DNA of 63,292 nt, the filler included. It is 4 parts of 4 records of this genome, joined end to end, with 100 filler letters (N's around TTAATTAATTAA, not from the genome) between each part and the next. Parts side by side here need not be neighbours in the genome. Positions count along the whole stretch, not along the records: positions 1 to 31,656 come from DRR723986_8442; 3 more parts are not named here. One strand, 5' to 3'. Shown piece by piece: positions 10,563 to 21,225 of the stretch. Within the stretch, counting starts at the first letter, position 1; every line of letters starts with the position of its first letter. The position numbers and the translations under genes were made by a program. The notes beneath the pieces were generated by a model. It was not told where the DNA came from and searched no databases. It saw only the letters and a program-made list of their open reading frames with translations.

Positions 10563-12919
10563 TGGAGTTGCTTTTTCATGGACCGGTAACACTTGCACTG
10601 ATCGTCGCCTGCCTGGGATGCGTCCAAGCTGCCTACGTGTACCTGCGCCGCAGGCCCAGACGCAGCGGTCTGTTTATTCTTCGCTGCGTGTTGTTCGTCT
10701 GCATGGCAATTGTCGTTTCGCAACCAACAAGTCTCGTGCGGGAACAAGCAACTGCGGGAGCTGTTGTCGATTTCGTCCTGGATACGACGGAGAGTATGCG
10801 TGGCCGGCTGGACGAAGGATCGTGGCGGCCCATCTTGGAAGAATTGTTGACGACGAACTCCGTCACCGTTCACCTTGGCGGCGCTGAAGGAATTCAAGCA
10901 TCTACCCGAATACGGCCTACTGACGCGAATATCGACGAGCAGATCTCCCTCCTCGCTAGCCGCGTAGCAAAGTTAATGGCTGACGATCGTGAGAGTGAAA
11001 AGGGCGAGCCCAAAGCTGCCGAGTTCGCTGGAGCAGTGTTGTCCCCCATCGCAGATTGGGTGATCCAGAGCTGTCAGGAAAGCCAGCAGCCGGGCTGCAT
11101 TTTTCTGGTGTCGGACGGGCAGGCCAACGCTGGGGCATCCGTTGATGAAGCAGTTCGTTCACTAGAGGCTACGGGCAGTCCCCTGTTCGCCGTTGTCGAC
11201 TCACAGGCTGAGGAGCAGTCGGAACTTGCGATCACACGCTTTGACGTTCCCAATCATCATTTTGTGGCATCCGATATTGTTGGCGAGATCAGATTTCGCG
11301 ACAACGGCGAAACGGGGCAAGCCATCGACATCGCAATCACTTCAAACGACACTGTTCTTTGGAGCAAGCGAGTGTATTCCGATAGTTCGGGCGAGCGACT
11401 CTTGTCGTTTGCTTTTCCCGCCGCGATGGCGCTTAACGCGCTGGCGGCCACGGCCGAAGCGGCAGAACAATCGCCAAGAGCCAGTTCGTCTCGCCAGTCC
11501 GAAGTTGTTGAACTTGAGTGTCGATTGCAGGTTTCCCCAAATTTGGCGGGCGAGCAGGCCAGTGCACTCACGGCGAGAACTGTCATTAGTGACCATGGAA
11601 CCAGAGTCTTGATCGTTGATTCGCAGCCTCGATGGGAAACTCGATACCTGCGAAATCTTTTCGATCGCGACCCCGCATGGCAAAGCCAGTGCATCATCGC
11701 AGGGGACGACTCGTATGTGCCCTCGGATGGCGAAGCGGGCGATCGGCGGGAGGAGTCCGAGTTTGCCGAAGTTGATTTCTCTGACGTTGACTTGGTAATC
11801 TGGGGCGATGCCCCGGTGCAACTGTTGTCCCAGAGCCAGCAACTGGAGCTTGCCAATGAAGTCAGCAATGGCCTGGGGCTGATCTTTATCGACGGTACCC
11901 AACGGCATTGCCATGAGCCTGGGGTGTTGAGTGACCTGTTGCCGGTGGTACCGCAACCGCGATCCGATCTGCCTCAGGCCGATAACCAGTCCCGCGAGCC
12001 TTTGATTTCACCGCGTGGCTATAGCGTGGAGACGCCGACTGGTAATTTTGAACCGCTGCAAATCAGCGACCTTCATGATTGGGCGAATCTGCCCAAACTG
12101 TCACCGTTTGACGCAATGAAACCGAACTTCAGCGCCGAGGCTGTCTTGTTCGCGAAGGATCTTGGCCGGAGAATACCTTTGTTAGTCAAATCGCAGGCTG
12201 GTGATGGCAAGCTATTGTACTGGGCAACCGATCAAACGTGGCGTTGGCGTTATCGGCACGCAGATCGGCTACACGGTCGACTGTGGATCCAGCTATCAAG
12301 ATGGTGCGCCCGTCAACCGCCGAATGTGAGTGACGAATTGGTGGCGATTTACGTCGAGCCTTTGCAGAGCATTTCACCTGGAAAGGACGCTAGTGAAAGT
12401 TTCGAGATTGGCTGTCATTTTCGCACGCCACAGACTCCAACTGATGCCGTTGCAGAAGTGCTAAGCGAAGGAGACGTTGTGGCTACGGTGCCATTGGTTC
12501 CCGTTCTTGGTTCCAAAATCTCTGCCGATCAAGACAGGTCTTTGCTAGGTGAGCCTGCTGTACCTCGTTTTGTTGGATCGGCAGCAGGATTGCCGCCCGG
12601 CGAGTACCGAGTACGCATTCGTGCTTCGGGCTTTGGTGAAGGCGTAGGCAGGCTGGCAAGAATTGTTGTCACACGGCGCCAGTCAACGGAACTGATCCAC
12701 AGGGGCATCGATCGTCAGTTTCTCAATAAGCTGACAGATGCATCCGAGGGGCGATGGATCTCGGGAGCTTCCGACATGATCGAGGCTCTGGGAACAAAGC
12801 GGGGCGGTCGAGTCGCGGTCGTCGAACGCGCGATTTGGCAATCCTGGTGGTTGTTCGCAACAATGATTGCACTTTTCGGGGCGGAGCTGTTCTTGAGACG
12901 ACGATTGGGGATGCCGTAG
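10562..12919 (+). CDS. vWA + glutamine-amidotransferase-like membrane protein (MoxR-system accessory type)
   Basis: LDTTESM and SDGQ vWA motifs; PRWETRYLRN; TWRWR..RLW.QL; C-terminal ELFLRRRLG. Confidence 0.8.
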   Translation: MELLFHGPVTLALIVACLGCVQAAYVYLRRRPRRSGLFILRCVLFVCMAIVVSQPTSLVREQATAGAVVDFVLDTTESMRGRLDEGSWRPILEELLTTNSVTVHLGGAEGIQASTRIRPTDANIDEQISLLASRVAKLMADDRESEKGEPKAAEFAGAVLSPIADWVIQSCQESQQPGCIFLVSDGQANAGASVDEAVRSLEATGSPLFAVVDSQAEEQSELAITRFDVPNHHFVASDIVGEIRFRDNGETGQAIDIAITSNDTVLWSKRVYSDSSGERLLSFAFPAAMALNALAATAEAAEQSPRASSSRQSEVVELECRLQVSPNLAGEQASALTARTVISDHGTRVLIVDSQPRWETRYLRNLFDRDPAWQSQCIIAGDDSYVPSDGEAGDRREESEFAEVDFSDVDLVIWGDAPVQLLSQSQQLELANEVSNGLGLIFIDGTQRHCHEPGVLSDLLPVVPQPRSDLPQADNQSREPLISPRGYSVETPTGNFEPLQISDLHDWANLPKLSPFDAMKPNFSAEAVLFAKDLGRRIPLLVKSQAGDGKLLYWATDQTWRWRYRHADRLHGRLWIQLSRWCARQPPNVSDELVAIYVEPLQSISPGKDASESFEIGCHFRTPQTPTDAVAEVLSEGDVVATVPLVPVLGSKISADQDRSLLGEPAVPRFVGSAAGLPPGEYRVRIRASGFGEGVGRLARIVVTRRQSTELIHRGIDRQFLNKLTDASEGRWISGASDMIEALGTKRGGRVAVVERAIWQSWWLFATMIALFGAELFLRRRLGMP

Positions 12920-12922
12920 CAT

Positions 12923-15900
12923 ATGCACAACGCGGAACTACGTGATGAAAAGCCACTGCTGAACCAGCTCTACACTGCCGGTCGCATACGGGCCAGGCAA
13001 CTTGCGACCGTCGGTCTAGGCCCCACGACATGGTTGGTCTGCATCGGTTTGGTGCTTGGGATTGTTGTCGACGCATCGATCAATAGCTTGGCAGCCAAAG
13101 TACTCGCAAGTTTGGTCTTCTATTGCTGCTCGGCAGTCGGAGTTGGGTGGTTTGTGCTGCGGCATTTGCTTTCTAGAATCGATCCCCTGTCTGAGGCGCA
13201 TCAGATCGAACGTCGCTTTCCTGACGTCCAGCACTCGGTCGTTCCCGCCTTAGATCTGCTTGTTGACGAAGAACAAAATTTCGTAGCGGAGTTGGGCGTT
13301 CATCGTTCTACCACCTTAGCCGAATCGGCTAATCACAAGAGCGGCACGTCGCGAGCATTTGTAGAAACGACCATTCAGGCTGCGGTCGACACCTGTAGCT
13401 CGCTACCGTGGGATCGCTATGTGTCGTCGCGGCGCAGAGCGGTGGCAAAGCGAACCGCGCTCGTCGCTACCGCTGTACTCCTGTGTTTGTTCCTCCAACC
13501 CTTTGGGGCGCTTGCCCGCCGCGCTGGTCGAGTTGCTTTTCCGTGGGCCAATCTCGGCCGAGCCGCTAGCGTGAATATCGAAATCATTTCCCCACAGGTG
13601 CAAGAAGGCGTGCACCCACTGGGTGAGCCACTCACTGTGGTTGCTCGTTTTAGCAGCAATTGGTCAGGACAAGCCACCTTGGAGCTGTTGACCGCAGACA
13701 ATGCTAAGCAACAGTTTGATATGGTTGTCGCAGCGGCGGTGGGACCCGAAGCGTTAATGGCCAGAGCCGCCTTTATTCCATCTAGTGAGCTTCAGCGATT
13801 TCGGGTTGTTGCCGACGGTGCTGAAACACCCTGGATAAAAATCATTGCTCGCCCGCGTCCATCGGCCCAAGAGCTCGAACTTGAAGTCGCTCCACCAGCT
13901 TACACGCGGATCGAACCATACACCGTCGGAGTTGGATCAGAGAAAAGTGTGCGGGCTCTGGCTGGGAGCAAGCTGCGTTTCACGCTTAGCAAAGATGGCC
14001 CGTTGGAATCAGCCTCGCTGTTGCTGGCGGCGGGTGACGATCAGCCCAAATCGGACGCTGAACCGTTGGAATTCTCTGTCAGAGCCAACGGTCGACTAGA
14101 ATCACCGCTGGTCACCTTAGATCATGATCTACAAGCGGACGTAGTGTTAGTCGACGGCGCAACTGGCCTTCAGGGGCGGTTGCCTTACGCGCTAGACGTC
14201 AAAAAAGTGAACAACGCGCCACCCGAAATTGTTTGGCTTTCGCATAAAGACTCTGAAGTCCTGGTCAGCAGAGATGCACGGGTTGAGTTGCAAGCGAGTG
14301 TTACCGACGAGATGGTTGTCGACAAGATCACTGCGGAAGTGACGGTCGGTCGCGGCGACGCAGACAATTTGACGCAGTTGGTTGTTGAGCCCGCAGAGGA
14401 TAACGATCTGGCCTCGTGGCGATGGCGGGCCAACTGTGGTTTTTCTCTTTCGATGAATGATTACGCGGTTAACATTGGCGATCGGGTTGTCGTTCGTGTT
14501 CTTGCAACCGATCGGCACGGAAGCGAGTCGGCTAGCACTGAACGGACGTTTGTCATTCGTGCAACCGAATCATCTGCCCCGGATCGAGAGGAGACTCGGT
14601 CGCGGGTAAAGATCTTCATGATGCTCGACGACCTCGCAGTGAAACTTGCTGAAGCTGAGGAAGTAACAAAGCTCTCTTTGCCCAGAATTGCGGACACTGC
14701 GGATTCTGTGAAGGCTGACTGTCGGTCGATTTTATCTGATATTACTCAGGCGATTGCGAAGAGCACTACGACAACGGAAAAGTTGGAACTGCAAGCAACG
14801 GGAGAGGCACTTGCAAATCTCGAGCAGATTCTTGCACTTGGGTTCAACGCCGACTCTGCGGCCGAGCTCGGTGCACAACAGGCGATCGATCGAAACTTGT
14901 TGACAGCTCAGTTTCAAGATGCAGCTTCTCTGGCGCGTGACATTGCAACCGGATACCGACAAGTGCTTTCCGGCTATGGGGTGCGGACTGTGGCTGCGGA
15001 GTCTGCTGCGATTCTGAAGGTTCAAGAGCGCGTCGTGCGACAGTTGAATGGCGAATCGGTGGACGAACAACAAAGCAGCATTGCTCGATTGGCGAAGATG
15101 CAGGCTGTTGTTGTGACGCAGCTTGAGGAATTGCAAAGCGACGCAGAAGACCTGTCGGCAGCAATGGATGAGGGAACAGGAACCAAACTGCGCGCAAGTC
15201 TCATAGCCCTCGGCACGGCCCTCACGATGGCCGGTCGAGAGGGCCGAAACAACAATGTAAATGCTCTCAAACACAATGCAGCGGTTTTGCGAGCCGTCTT
15301 GCAGAAGCTCTCGGAACCGCTGGCTGTTGATCCGGTGTGGCCGCAGACCTACAAGACTGGCATGGTCACCCTGACCCAGGGCTTGAATCGGTTGGGTGCA
15401 CGAAAGACTGCACCGGCATTGAGTGCTGCTTCGTTTGGTACCGAGGAAATTGCCCTTGGGCTTGCTGCGAGGCGTGCGGTGGTACGAGCAGCCAATTTGA
15501 GCGTTGGTGAATACTCAAGTGATCTTGGGTTGGCGTCTCGGGCGGCAAAATCATTGAATCACGCTGCACGCCCAGAGATCGGGCGGCTTCAACAAAGTGC
15601 GGACATCTTGCGGGTGCTGTACGAATTGGAGCTTGTCGATTTTCTGCTCCGCGCACAGTGGACGGACGACGATCTGGCGATGACATCCGCTCTTGCGATC
15701 GTTGAAGCCCACGTCGAATCATTGGTGAGCGGAATAGGCCGTAGCCAGTGGCCCGCTGTCGTGTCCGACACAGGGCGACGTTCGGACCTGCCACATTTAC
15801 AAGCTCAGGCGTTGAAGCTCCGCGAGCTAGTTAGTGAGCACAGGATTGCACAAGGAGATCGAACGGGGGAGAGCACCGCTGGCGTAAACGTTCAAACGAC

Positions 15901-18307
15901 CCGCACGCTGCCCCTGACGCCAGCTCGCATGAGAACACTGCACAGAGAAATCCAAGCTACAGTGTTCTTGCTCGAGCCGTTTGCCGAAGCCGCTCGCCGC
16001 CACTTGCGAGGGCTGCTTCCAAGCCTTAGCGATCAGGCGCGCCAGGCCGCATACGAATCTCAGCAATTATCGCTTGCGTCCAAAGATCTGAGCACTGAGT
16101 ACTCCCGCGATGCAGTGACCGATGCCGCCGGGCAAATCCGCTCCTTGGACGGCAGACAGGGTGGCATTCAAAACAAGCTTGCAGAACTACGCGATGCACT
16201 GGTCGACCTGGCTGAGCGGCAGGATCTCTTGGCGGAATCCGACATTGCCCGCGCTCAGCTTGCAGACGATATCCGGCGGCAAGTCGACGTGGCGGGTGAG
16301 CAACTCTCCGCATCACTTGACGGTGTTTCAAGTACCGTTGATCCACGAGAGACGGGGCCGCGATTAGCTTACGCATCGGCTGTACAGCAGACTGCGTCCG
16401 AGCTGCTTGAGAATTTGGTTCCAAGATTGCAAATGCTGGAATCTGACGAGATGTTGCTCGGCGGACAGGATCGCGAAGAATCTAACACTGACGGCGGCGC
16501 ACAAGATCCGTCGGACGCGGCAGAAGCAGGTGTGGACGAACCTGCTGGGCGAGCTGAGCAACAGAGCGAGGACGCTGTGGAATCGCCGGGCGAGATGACC
16601 GCTAGCTCCGACACGACGGCTTACGAAGAAGCTCAGCAATTGGCTGCACTAGCTGGCCTTACCGCTGAAGAGCTGATCGAAATGTTGGAAGGCCAACTGC
16701 AGCAATCGGTCCAAATGCAAGGTGCACTGTCGGACATTGCTCGCGAAGCGCTGACTCAGGCCGCTCGACTGCTTCGCGAAAGCGCGTCGGACCTCAGTAG
16801 TGCTCACACAACATTCAAAGCGACGGACGCCAGGGTTGTCATTCACGATCAGCGTCAGTCGTTTGAGACACAGTTCCACCAAGAGTACGATCAAGTGCTG
16901 AACAGCCTACTGCAACAAACTAGCCAGGCAGCCGAACTTGGCCGCCAGAGCGGTTTGAGAGAGGAGATCCTGGCTGCACAGGAATTGTTGGTTAGCGGGC
17001 AAGAAGAAGCCAAGGCGGTTCGTGAGTCATTGGTCGCTCAAGCGCGGGATCAGTCAGCCATTGAACCGCGGTTGTCAGATGGTGAACAAGAGGCAATGCT
17101 GCGCGAGGCGCGTGATCGAGGGCGCCGAGCCCAGCAGGCACTACTGAAGGCTCTTCGCCGTTTGATATCGACGCGACAGCAACAGCAGCGCAAGCTGGAA
17201 AGGATTTCCGCCAACAATGCTGATGACGTGAAGACAGCCGAGCTTCAGAGCTTGCAGGATTCCGTGAAGGCTTTGCAAACAGTTCTAGCGGAGGTGTCGC
17301 GAAGTATCCAGATAGATGATCAGACGGCCAACCCCGGAGCCGCATTGGCTGCCTACCTGTTGGATTTGTTCGGCCAACAATCACGGCTACGGCAGCATGC
17401 TTCGCTTCCCGAAAAGGTCGCACCGGCTCCTCAGATAGCGAGGAAGGTCATTGCGAATTCGGACCTGGTCGACGATCTGGCAAGCAATCGACGAATCGCC
17501 TTGGAACAGATCAATCGTTCGGCCCGCCATGAAGGGCGGCTTGGGAATACGGAACTGGCTACCGTGTTGGCAATGATTTCTGAGCAACTGACGCAACGTG
17601 GGCTGGAATTTGAAGCCGATTTTGCCGCAGCAGAAAATTCGGAAACCGGCGGAGTACTCTCGGCTGCAGCGTCACAATCGCTGCTTGATTCGATGGACCT
17701 GCACCGCCGAGTGCTGGCCGCAACCTCGGAGCGGATTGAAAGGCTGCTGGACATACGATCCAATTCCGACGCGCAGAATCCGAATGGTCAAGAAGGATCG
17801 CCTAACCAGGCAAGCCCTGCGCAGCAAGATGCCGGGCAGGGGAGCAATACAGCGCTATCACAATTGCCAATGGATGCGTCTGAGTTGGCCGCTTTGTTGG
17901 ACGAGCTCGATGCCGCCATGCACTCGGAGGCATCCTTCGGGCCAAGTGAGGACGATGGCCAGCGAGCACCTTCGCAGGCAACTCAGCCTACTGGGTCTTC
18001 GTCGCAAACGCTCCAGCAGCAGGCCAGGCAGTTAGCGCAATCGCTAAGCAGCAATCGAAAGCCGCCGCCGGGCAAATCGAAGGGCGATCTCGGGACGGCT
18101 ACCGAAAGCCAGATGAGCGATACCACTCCGCAAAATACGGCAGCGTACAGTATCGTTGACGTTGATCGTCTCGCCGGAGAATGGGGAGAGCTGACTGAGC
18201 AGACGTTGCAAAATGCTACTGAAGGGCAACGTCAATCGGTTGCTCCGGAGTACAGACGCCAGGTAGATGCCTACTTCCGACGACTGCGTGGTGAAGAACC
18301 GCGTTAG
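12923..18307 (+). CDS. Very large DUF4175-like membrane-anchored coiled-coil protein (1794 aa)
   Basis: N-terminal TMs; PPAYT Ig-like region; long Ala/Gln/Glu-rich helices; C-terminal WGEL...VAPEYRRQVDAYFRRL signature. Confidence 0.75.
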   Translation: MHNAELRDEKPLLNQLYTAGRIRARQLATVGLGPTTWLVCIGLVLGIVVDASINSLAAKVLASLVFYCCSAVGVGWFVLRHLLSRIDPLSEAHQIERRFPDVQHSVVPALDLLVDEEQNFVAELGVHRSTTLAESANHKSGTSRAFVETTIQAAVDTCSSLPWDRYVSSRRRAVAKRTALVATAVLLCLFLQPFGALARRAGRVAFPWANLGRAASVNIEIISPQVQEGVHPLGEPLTVVARFSSNWSGQATLELLTADNAKQQFDMVVAAAVGPEALMARAAFIPSSELQRFRVVADGAETPWIKIIARPRPSAQELELEVAPPAYTRIEPYTVGVGSEKSVRALAGSKLRFTLSKDGPLESASLLLAAGDDQPKSDAEPLEFSVRANGRLESPLVTLDHDLQADVVLVDGATGLQGRLPYALDVKKVNNAPPEIVWLSHKDSEVLVSRDARVELQASVTDEMVVDKITAEVTVGRGDADNLTQLVVEPAEDNDLASWRWRANCGFSLSMNDYAVNIGDRVVVRVLATDRHGSESASTERTFVIRATESSAPDREETRSRVKIFMMLDDLAVKLAEAEEVTKLSLPRIADTADSVKADCRSILSDITQAIAKSTTTTEKLELQATGEALANLEQILALGFNADSAAELGAQQAIDRNLLTAQFQDAASLARDIATGYRQVLSGYGVRTVAAESAAILKVQERVVRQLNGESVDEQQSSIARLAKMQAVVVTQLEELQSDAEDLSAAMDEGTGTKLRASLIALGTALTMAGREGRNNNVNALKHNAAVLRAVLQKLSEPLAVDPVWPQTYKTGMVTLTQGLNRLGARKTAPALSAASFGTEEIALGLAARRAVVRAANLSVGEYSSDLGLASRAAKSLNHAARPEIGRLQQSADILRVLYELELVDFLLRAQWTDDDLAMTSALAIVEAHVESLVSGIGRSQWPAVVSDTGRRSDLPHLQAQALKLRELVSEHRIAQGDRTGESTAGVNVQTTRTLPLTPARMRTLHREIQATVFLLEPFAEAARRHLRGLLPSLSDQARQAAYESQQLSLASKDLSTEYSRDAVTDAAGQIRSLDGRQGGIQNKLAELRDALVDLAERQDLLAESDIARAQLADDIRRQVDVAGEQLSASLDGVSSTVDPRETGPRLAYASAVQQTASELLENLVPRLQMLESDEMLLGGQDREESNTDGGAQDPSDAAEAGVDEPAGRAEQQSEDAVESPGEMTASSDTTAYEEAQQLAALAGLTAEELIEMLEGQLQQSVQMQGALSDIAREALTQAARLLRESASDLSSAHTTFKATDARVVIHDQRQSFETQFHQEYDQVLNSLLQQTSQAAELGRQSGLREEILAAQELLVSGQEEAKAVRESLVAQARDQSAIEPRLSDGEQEAMLREARDRGRRAQQALLKALRRLISTRQQQQRKLERISANNADDVKTAELQSLQDSVKALQTVLAEVSRSIQIDDQTANPGAALAAYLLDLFGQQSRLRQHASLPEKVAPAPQIARKVIANSDLVDDLASNRRIALEQINRSARHEGRLGNTELATVLAMISEQLTQRGLEFEADFAAAENSETGGVLSAAASQSLLDSMDLHRRVLAATSERIERLLDIRSNSDAQNPNGQEGSPNQASPAQQDAGQGSNTALSQLPMDASELAALLDELDAAMHSEASFGPSEDDGQRAPSQATQPTGSSSQTLQQQARQLAQSLSSNRKPPPGKSKGDLGTATESQMSDTTPQNTAAYSIVDVDRLAGEWGELTEQTLQNATEGQRQSVAPEYRRQVDAYFRRLRGEEPR

Positions 18308-18329
18308 GTAGATTGCCGTTGCGGACGAA

Positions 18330-18992
18330 CTAGAACTGCTTTCGGTTGGCCGCTTTGTCGTCCGTCTTGGCTTTCTTTCTGTCTGCCAACACCTTGCGGT
18401 AACGTTCCAGCATCTCTGGCGTCATCGACTGAATCGCCATGCGATAGTAGACGCGTGACGCATTCACTCTTCCGAGTGCCTCGGCCTGTTTACCTTGCTG
18501 AAGGTAATATCGAATGTTCGATTCTGCCAGTTCGGGATGAAGTGTCGTTGACGTGGATTTGCCGGCCATTGTTCGGTGCCAAGCGTCGGGTGCTACGCGG
18601 CTTTGCATCGTCAGTGGTCGTTGAGGAGCCAAGGGGCCGAGATACTGGCGCGAGCCGTCTGCAGCGGGCGAATCGGCAGAAATAACATTGTTGGGGGCCG
18701 CAGTGTTACGATTCAAGATCGCATCATCCAGGGCTTGTAGGTCAATGATCTCCACACTTACCGCAACGCTCGTCGGGGAGACTGACCCGCCATAAGAGCG
18801 GCCAAGTGGAGTTCTTCGGGAGCCATAGCGGCTGCTACGATAACCGCCATAGGTGCCGGTGCCCGCGTCAGGAACCCAGGCACCGCCTTGAACGCTAAAG
18901 TTGCGTGTCACGGGAAGTTGGACCACTTGAGCGCTGGTGGTTGATACCGCGAGCAGGGAGATTGAAAGGGCTGCAAACGTGTGCTTTAGCAT
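18330..18992 (-). CDS. Exported hypothetical protein with a secretin-C-terminal-like motif
   Basis: Signal peptide MLKHTFAALSISLLAVSTTSA followed by QVVQLP..FSV..VPD.G..GG. ATG at 18992 has a GGGAAG RBS-like sequence upstream. Confidence 0.7.
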   Translation of the reverse strand: MLKHTFAALSISLLAVSTTSAQVVQLPVTRNFSVQGGAWVPDAGTGTYGGYRSSRYGSRRTPLGRSYGGSVSPTSVAVSVEIIDLQALDDAILNRNTAAPNNVISADSPAADGSRQYLGPLAPQRPLTMQSRVAPDAWHRTMAGKSTSTTLHPELAESNIRYYLQQGKQAEALGRVNASRVYYRMAIQSMTPEMLERYRKVLADRKKAKTDDKAANRKQF

Positions 18993-19462
18993 GACTGTCT
19001 TCCCAAAAAGGCTACGCCGTGGAGCGTCGCACGGGCTAATATCCACCGCTAGGATACCACGCTAGCGAGCATTGATGCAAATCATTGTCGCAGCCACCAC
19101 TCTGCTCTCTATAAAACAGTAGCGTCGATTCCCTTAATCCGCCGCACGATTCTTGGATCTTCGCACAGCCAAGCCACCCATTCGGGGTGCTTCGCGACTG
19201 CTCTACCAATAGTTTGGTATCGACCAGCAGCCAGCGTCTAACCGGAAGTTTGGAAATCGAGATATGGCTGGCGGGCTAATTCCTCCGGCGACGTGGCGAG
19301 TTTGTTTCCTTCGAGTGCTGAACTTCTCACAGGAACACTTTTAGGCGATACTGCCCGCACGTTGCCGTGGATGCTTGGGGAATCGCTGCAGTTTCCGCTG
19401 CTGACTGGACCCAAAGCGTCGCGACGAATCGCATGATGCCCAGAGTTGATGGAGAGATCACA

Positions 19463-19576
19463 ATGTCAAAAAGCGCTGGCCAGACGCTTTTCTATCTTTC
19501 GGCGAGCATCTACGGGGCCTGGTTCGTTTGGTTGCTGTACGTTGCGATGGTCAACGTGCAAGCTGGTAATCAGTGA
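19463..19576 (+). CDS. Small single-TM protein (37 aa)
   Basis: GGAGAG RBS, then MSKSAGQTLFYLSASIYGAWFVWLLYVAMVNVQAGNQ*. Confidence 0.6.
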   Translation: MSKSAGQTLFYLSASIYGAWFVWLLYVAMVNVQAGNQ

Positions 19577-19621
19577 CTATCAACCGCTTGACGTGAAGCA
19601 CTTTTAAAACGGAAACCTTGC

Positions 19622-20194
19622 ATGGCGGACAGCTCCGAAGACGGTAAACAGCATGGGCCTTGGGTAATCAACGCTTCGAAGGAAGTCTATGCAGATCCAT
19701 GGATCACGGTCCAACGCGACGAAGTTACGCGACCAGATGGTGCACCCGGCAGTTATGCTACCGTGCAGCTCAAATCGGGTGTTTGTGTCCTGGCAATCGA
19801 CAACGAGCGGAACTTGAAGCTGACGCGCGAATTCCACTATGCCGTCGGACGTGACACAATTGAAGGCGTCAGCGGAGGGATCGAGGCTGGTGAAACCGCG
19901 ATCGAGGCTGCGAAGCGAGAATTGGCTGAAGAGATTGGTTTCGTCGCTAGCACCTGGACGCACCTGGGAACGATCGACCCGTTTACCGCTGCAATTTACT
20001 CCACGGTTGACTTGTATTTGGCTCAAGGACTAACGCCCTGCGAAACCGACCTTGAGGGCACAGAGCTGATCACGTGTGTCACCATGCCCCTTGATTCGGC
20101 CGTCGAAGCGGTTCGAAAGTCAGAGATTACCCACGCTCCCACCTGCGTGGCTATACTGCGAGTAGCCTTGGATGGTCGGCAGCTCTTAGGCTGA
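19622..20194 (+). CDS. NUDIX hydrolase (ADP-ribose pyrophosphatase-like)
   Basis: Nudix box GGIEAGETAIEAAKRELAEEIG. Confidence 0.92.
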   Translation: MADSSEDGKQHGPWVINASKEVYADPWITVQRDEVTRPDGAPGSYATVQLKSGVCVLAIDNERNLKLTREFHYAVGRDTIEGVSGGIEAGETAIEAAKRELAEEIGFVASTWTHLGTIDPFTAAIYSTVDLYLAQGLTPCETDLEGTELITCVTMPLDSAVEAVRKSEITHAPTCVAILRVALDGRQLLG

Positions 20195-20233
20195 AGCTCC
20201 GAATAACCGATACACTAAAAATAAAAACAGACG

Positions 20234-21160
20234 ATGGCGAAATCACACTCTCAGGTGCACATCGACGAGAAGTTACTGGACGATCTTTCGCAGTTGATTC
20301 GCCTGGCAATCCGCGAAGACCTCGACCGCGGATTCGATTTAACGACAGTGAGCACTGTGCCGGAGGAATTGCGCGCGAGTGCCGACATTGTTGCTCGAGT
20401 CCCGGGAACCGCGGCCGGTTTCGACCTGTTGGATTCAATGGTTGAGCAACTGGATGCGAATATTCAGTGCAATGTGAAACAAAGCGATGGGGCAGATTTT
20501 CGCAAAGGTGAATGCTTGGCAACCATCAGCGGGTCTGCTCGTGATTTGCTGACTTGCGAGCGAACGCTGCTCAATTTTCTCGGTCGGCTTTGCGGTATAG
20601 CAACTTGGACTGCCATGCATGTTGCCAAAGTGGCTGGGACGAAAGCACAACTAAACGATACTCGTAAGACTACTCCCGGTTGGAGACGACTCGAAAAATA
20701 TGCAGTTCGCTGCGGCGGAGGCACGAACCACCGAACTGGGCTTTATGATGCGATATTGATTAAAGACAATCACCTAGCGTGTCGCGCCCACGAGAGTGGC
20801 CGAAAGCTAACGCCGCAGGAAGCTGTTGAGCATGCACGTCGTTTCTTGGACGAACAGGGCAATTTAGCGGATACCGTGATTCAAATCGAAGTCGATACGC
20901 TGCAGCAGTTGAAGTCAGCGTTGGTCGCGATGCCAGATATCGTGTTGCTCGATAATATGAGTCTGGAACAACTGGTTGAGGCGGTGAACGTCCGTGATGA
21001 TGGCTTCGAAGCCGTGTTGCTGGAAGCCTCTGGCGGCGTAAACCTAAATACGATCGGTGATATCGCAAAGACGGGCGTCGATCGGATTAGCGTCGGAGCA
21101 CTTACGCATTCGGCCACAAACCTAGACCTCGGACTAGATTGGCAGCTAGGCGTGGAGTAG
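20234..21160 (+). CDS. nadC: Quinolinate phosphoribosyltransferase
   Basis: ERTLLNFL, DTRKTTPG, NHRTGLYDAILIKDNH, LLDNM, EASGG and ISVGALTHS motifs. Confidence 0.97.
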   Translation: MAKSHSQVHIDEKLLDDLSQLIRLAIREDLDRGFDLTTVSTVPEELRASADIVARVPGTAAGFDLLDSMVEQLDANIQCNVKQSDGADFRKGECLATISGSARDLLTCERTLLNFLGRLCGIATWTAMHVAKVAGTKAQLNDTRKTTPGWRRLEKYAVRCGGGTNHRTGLYDAILIKDNHLACRAHESGRKLTPQEAVEHARRFLDEQGNLADTVIQIEVDTLQQLKSALVAMPDIVLLDNMSLEQLVEAVNVRDDGFEAVLLEASGGVNLNTIGDIAKTGVDRISVGALTHSATNLDLGLDWQLGVE

Positions 21161-21225
21161 CAACTGCCGGCTCTGGACTGCACAGGTTCAGGCTGCTGTA
21201 TCGTTATCGAAGGGGAGTGGGGCCC

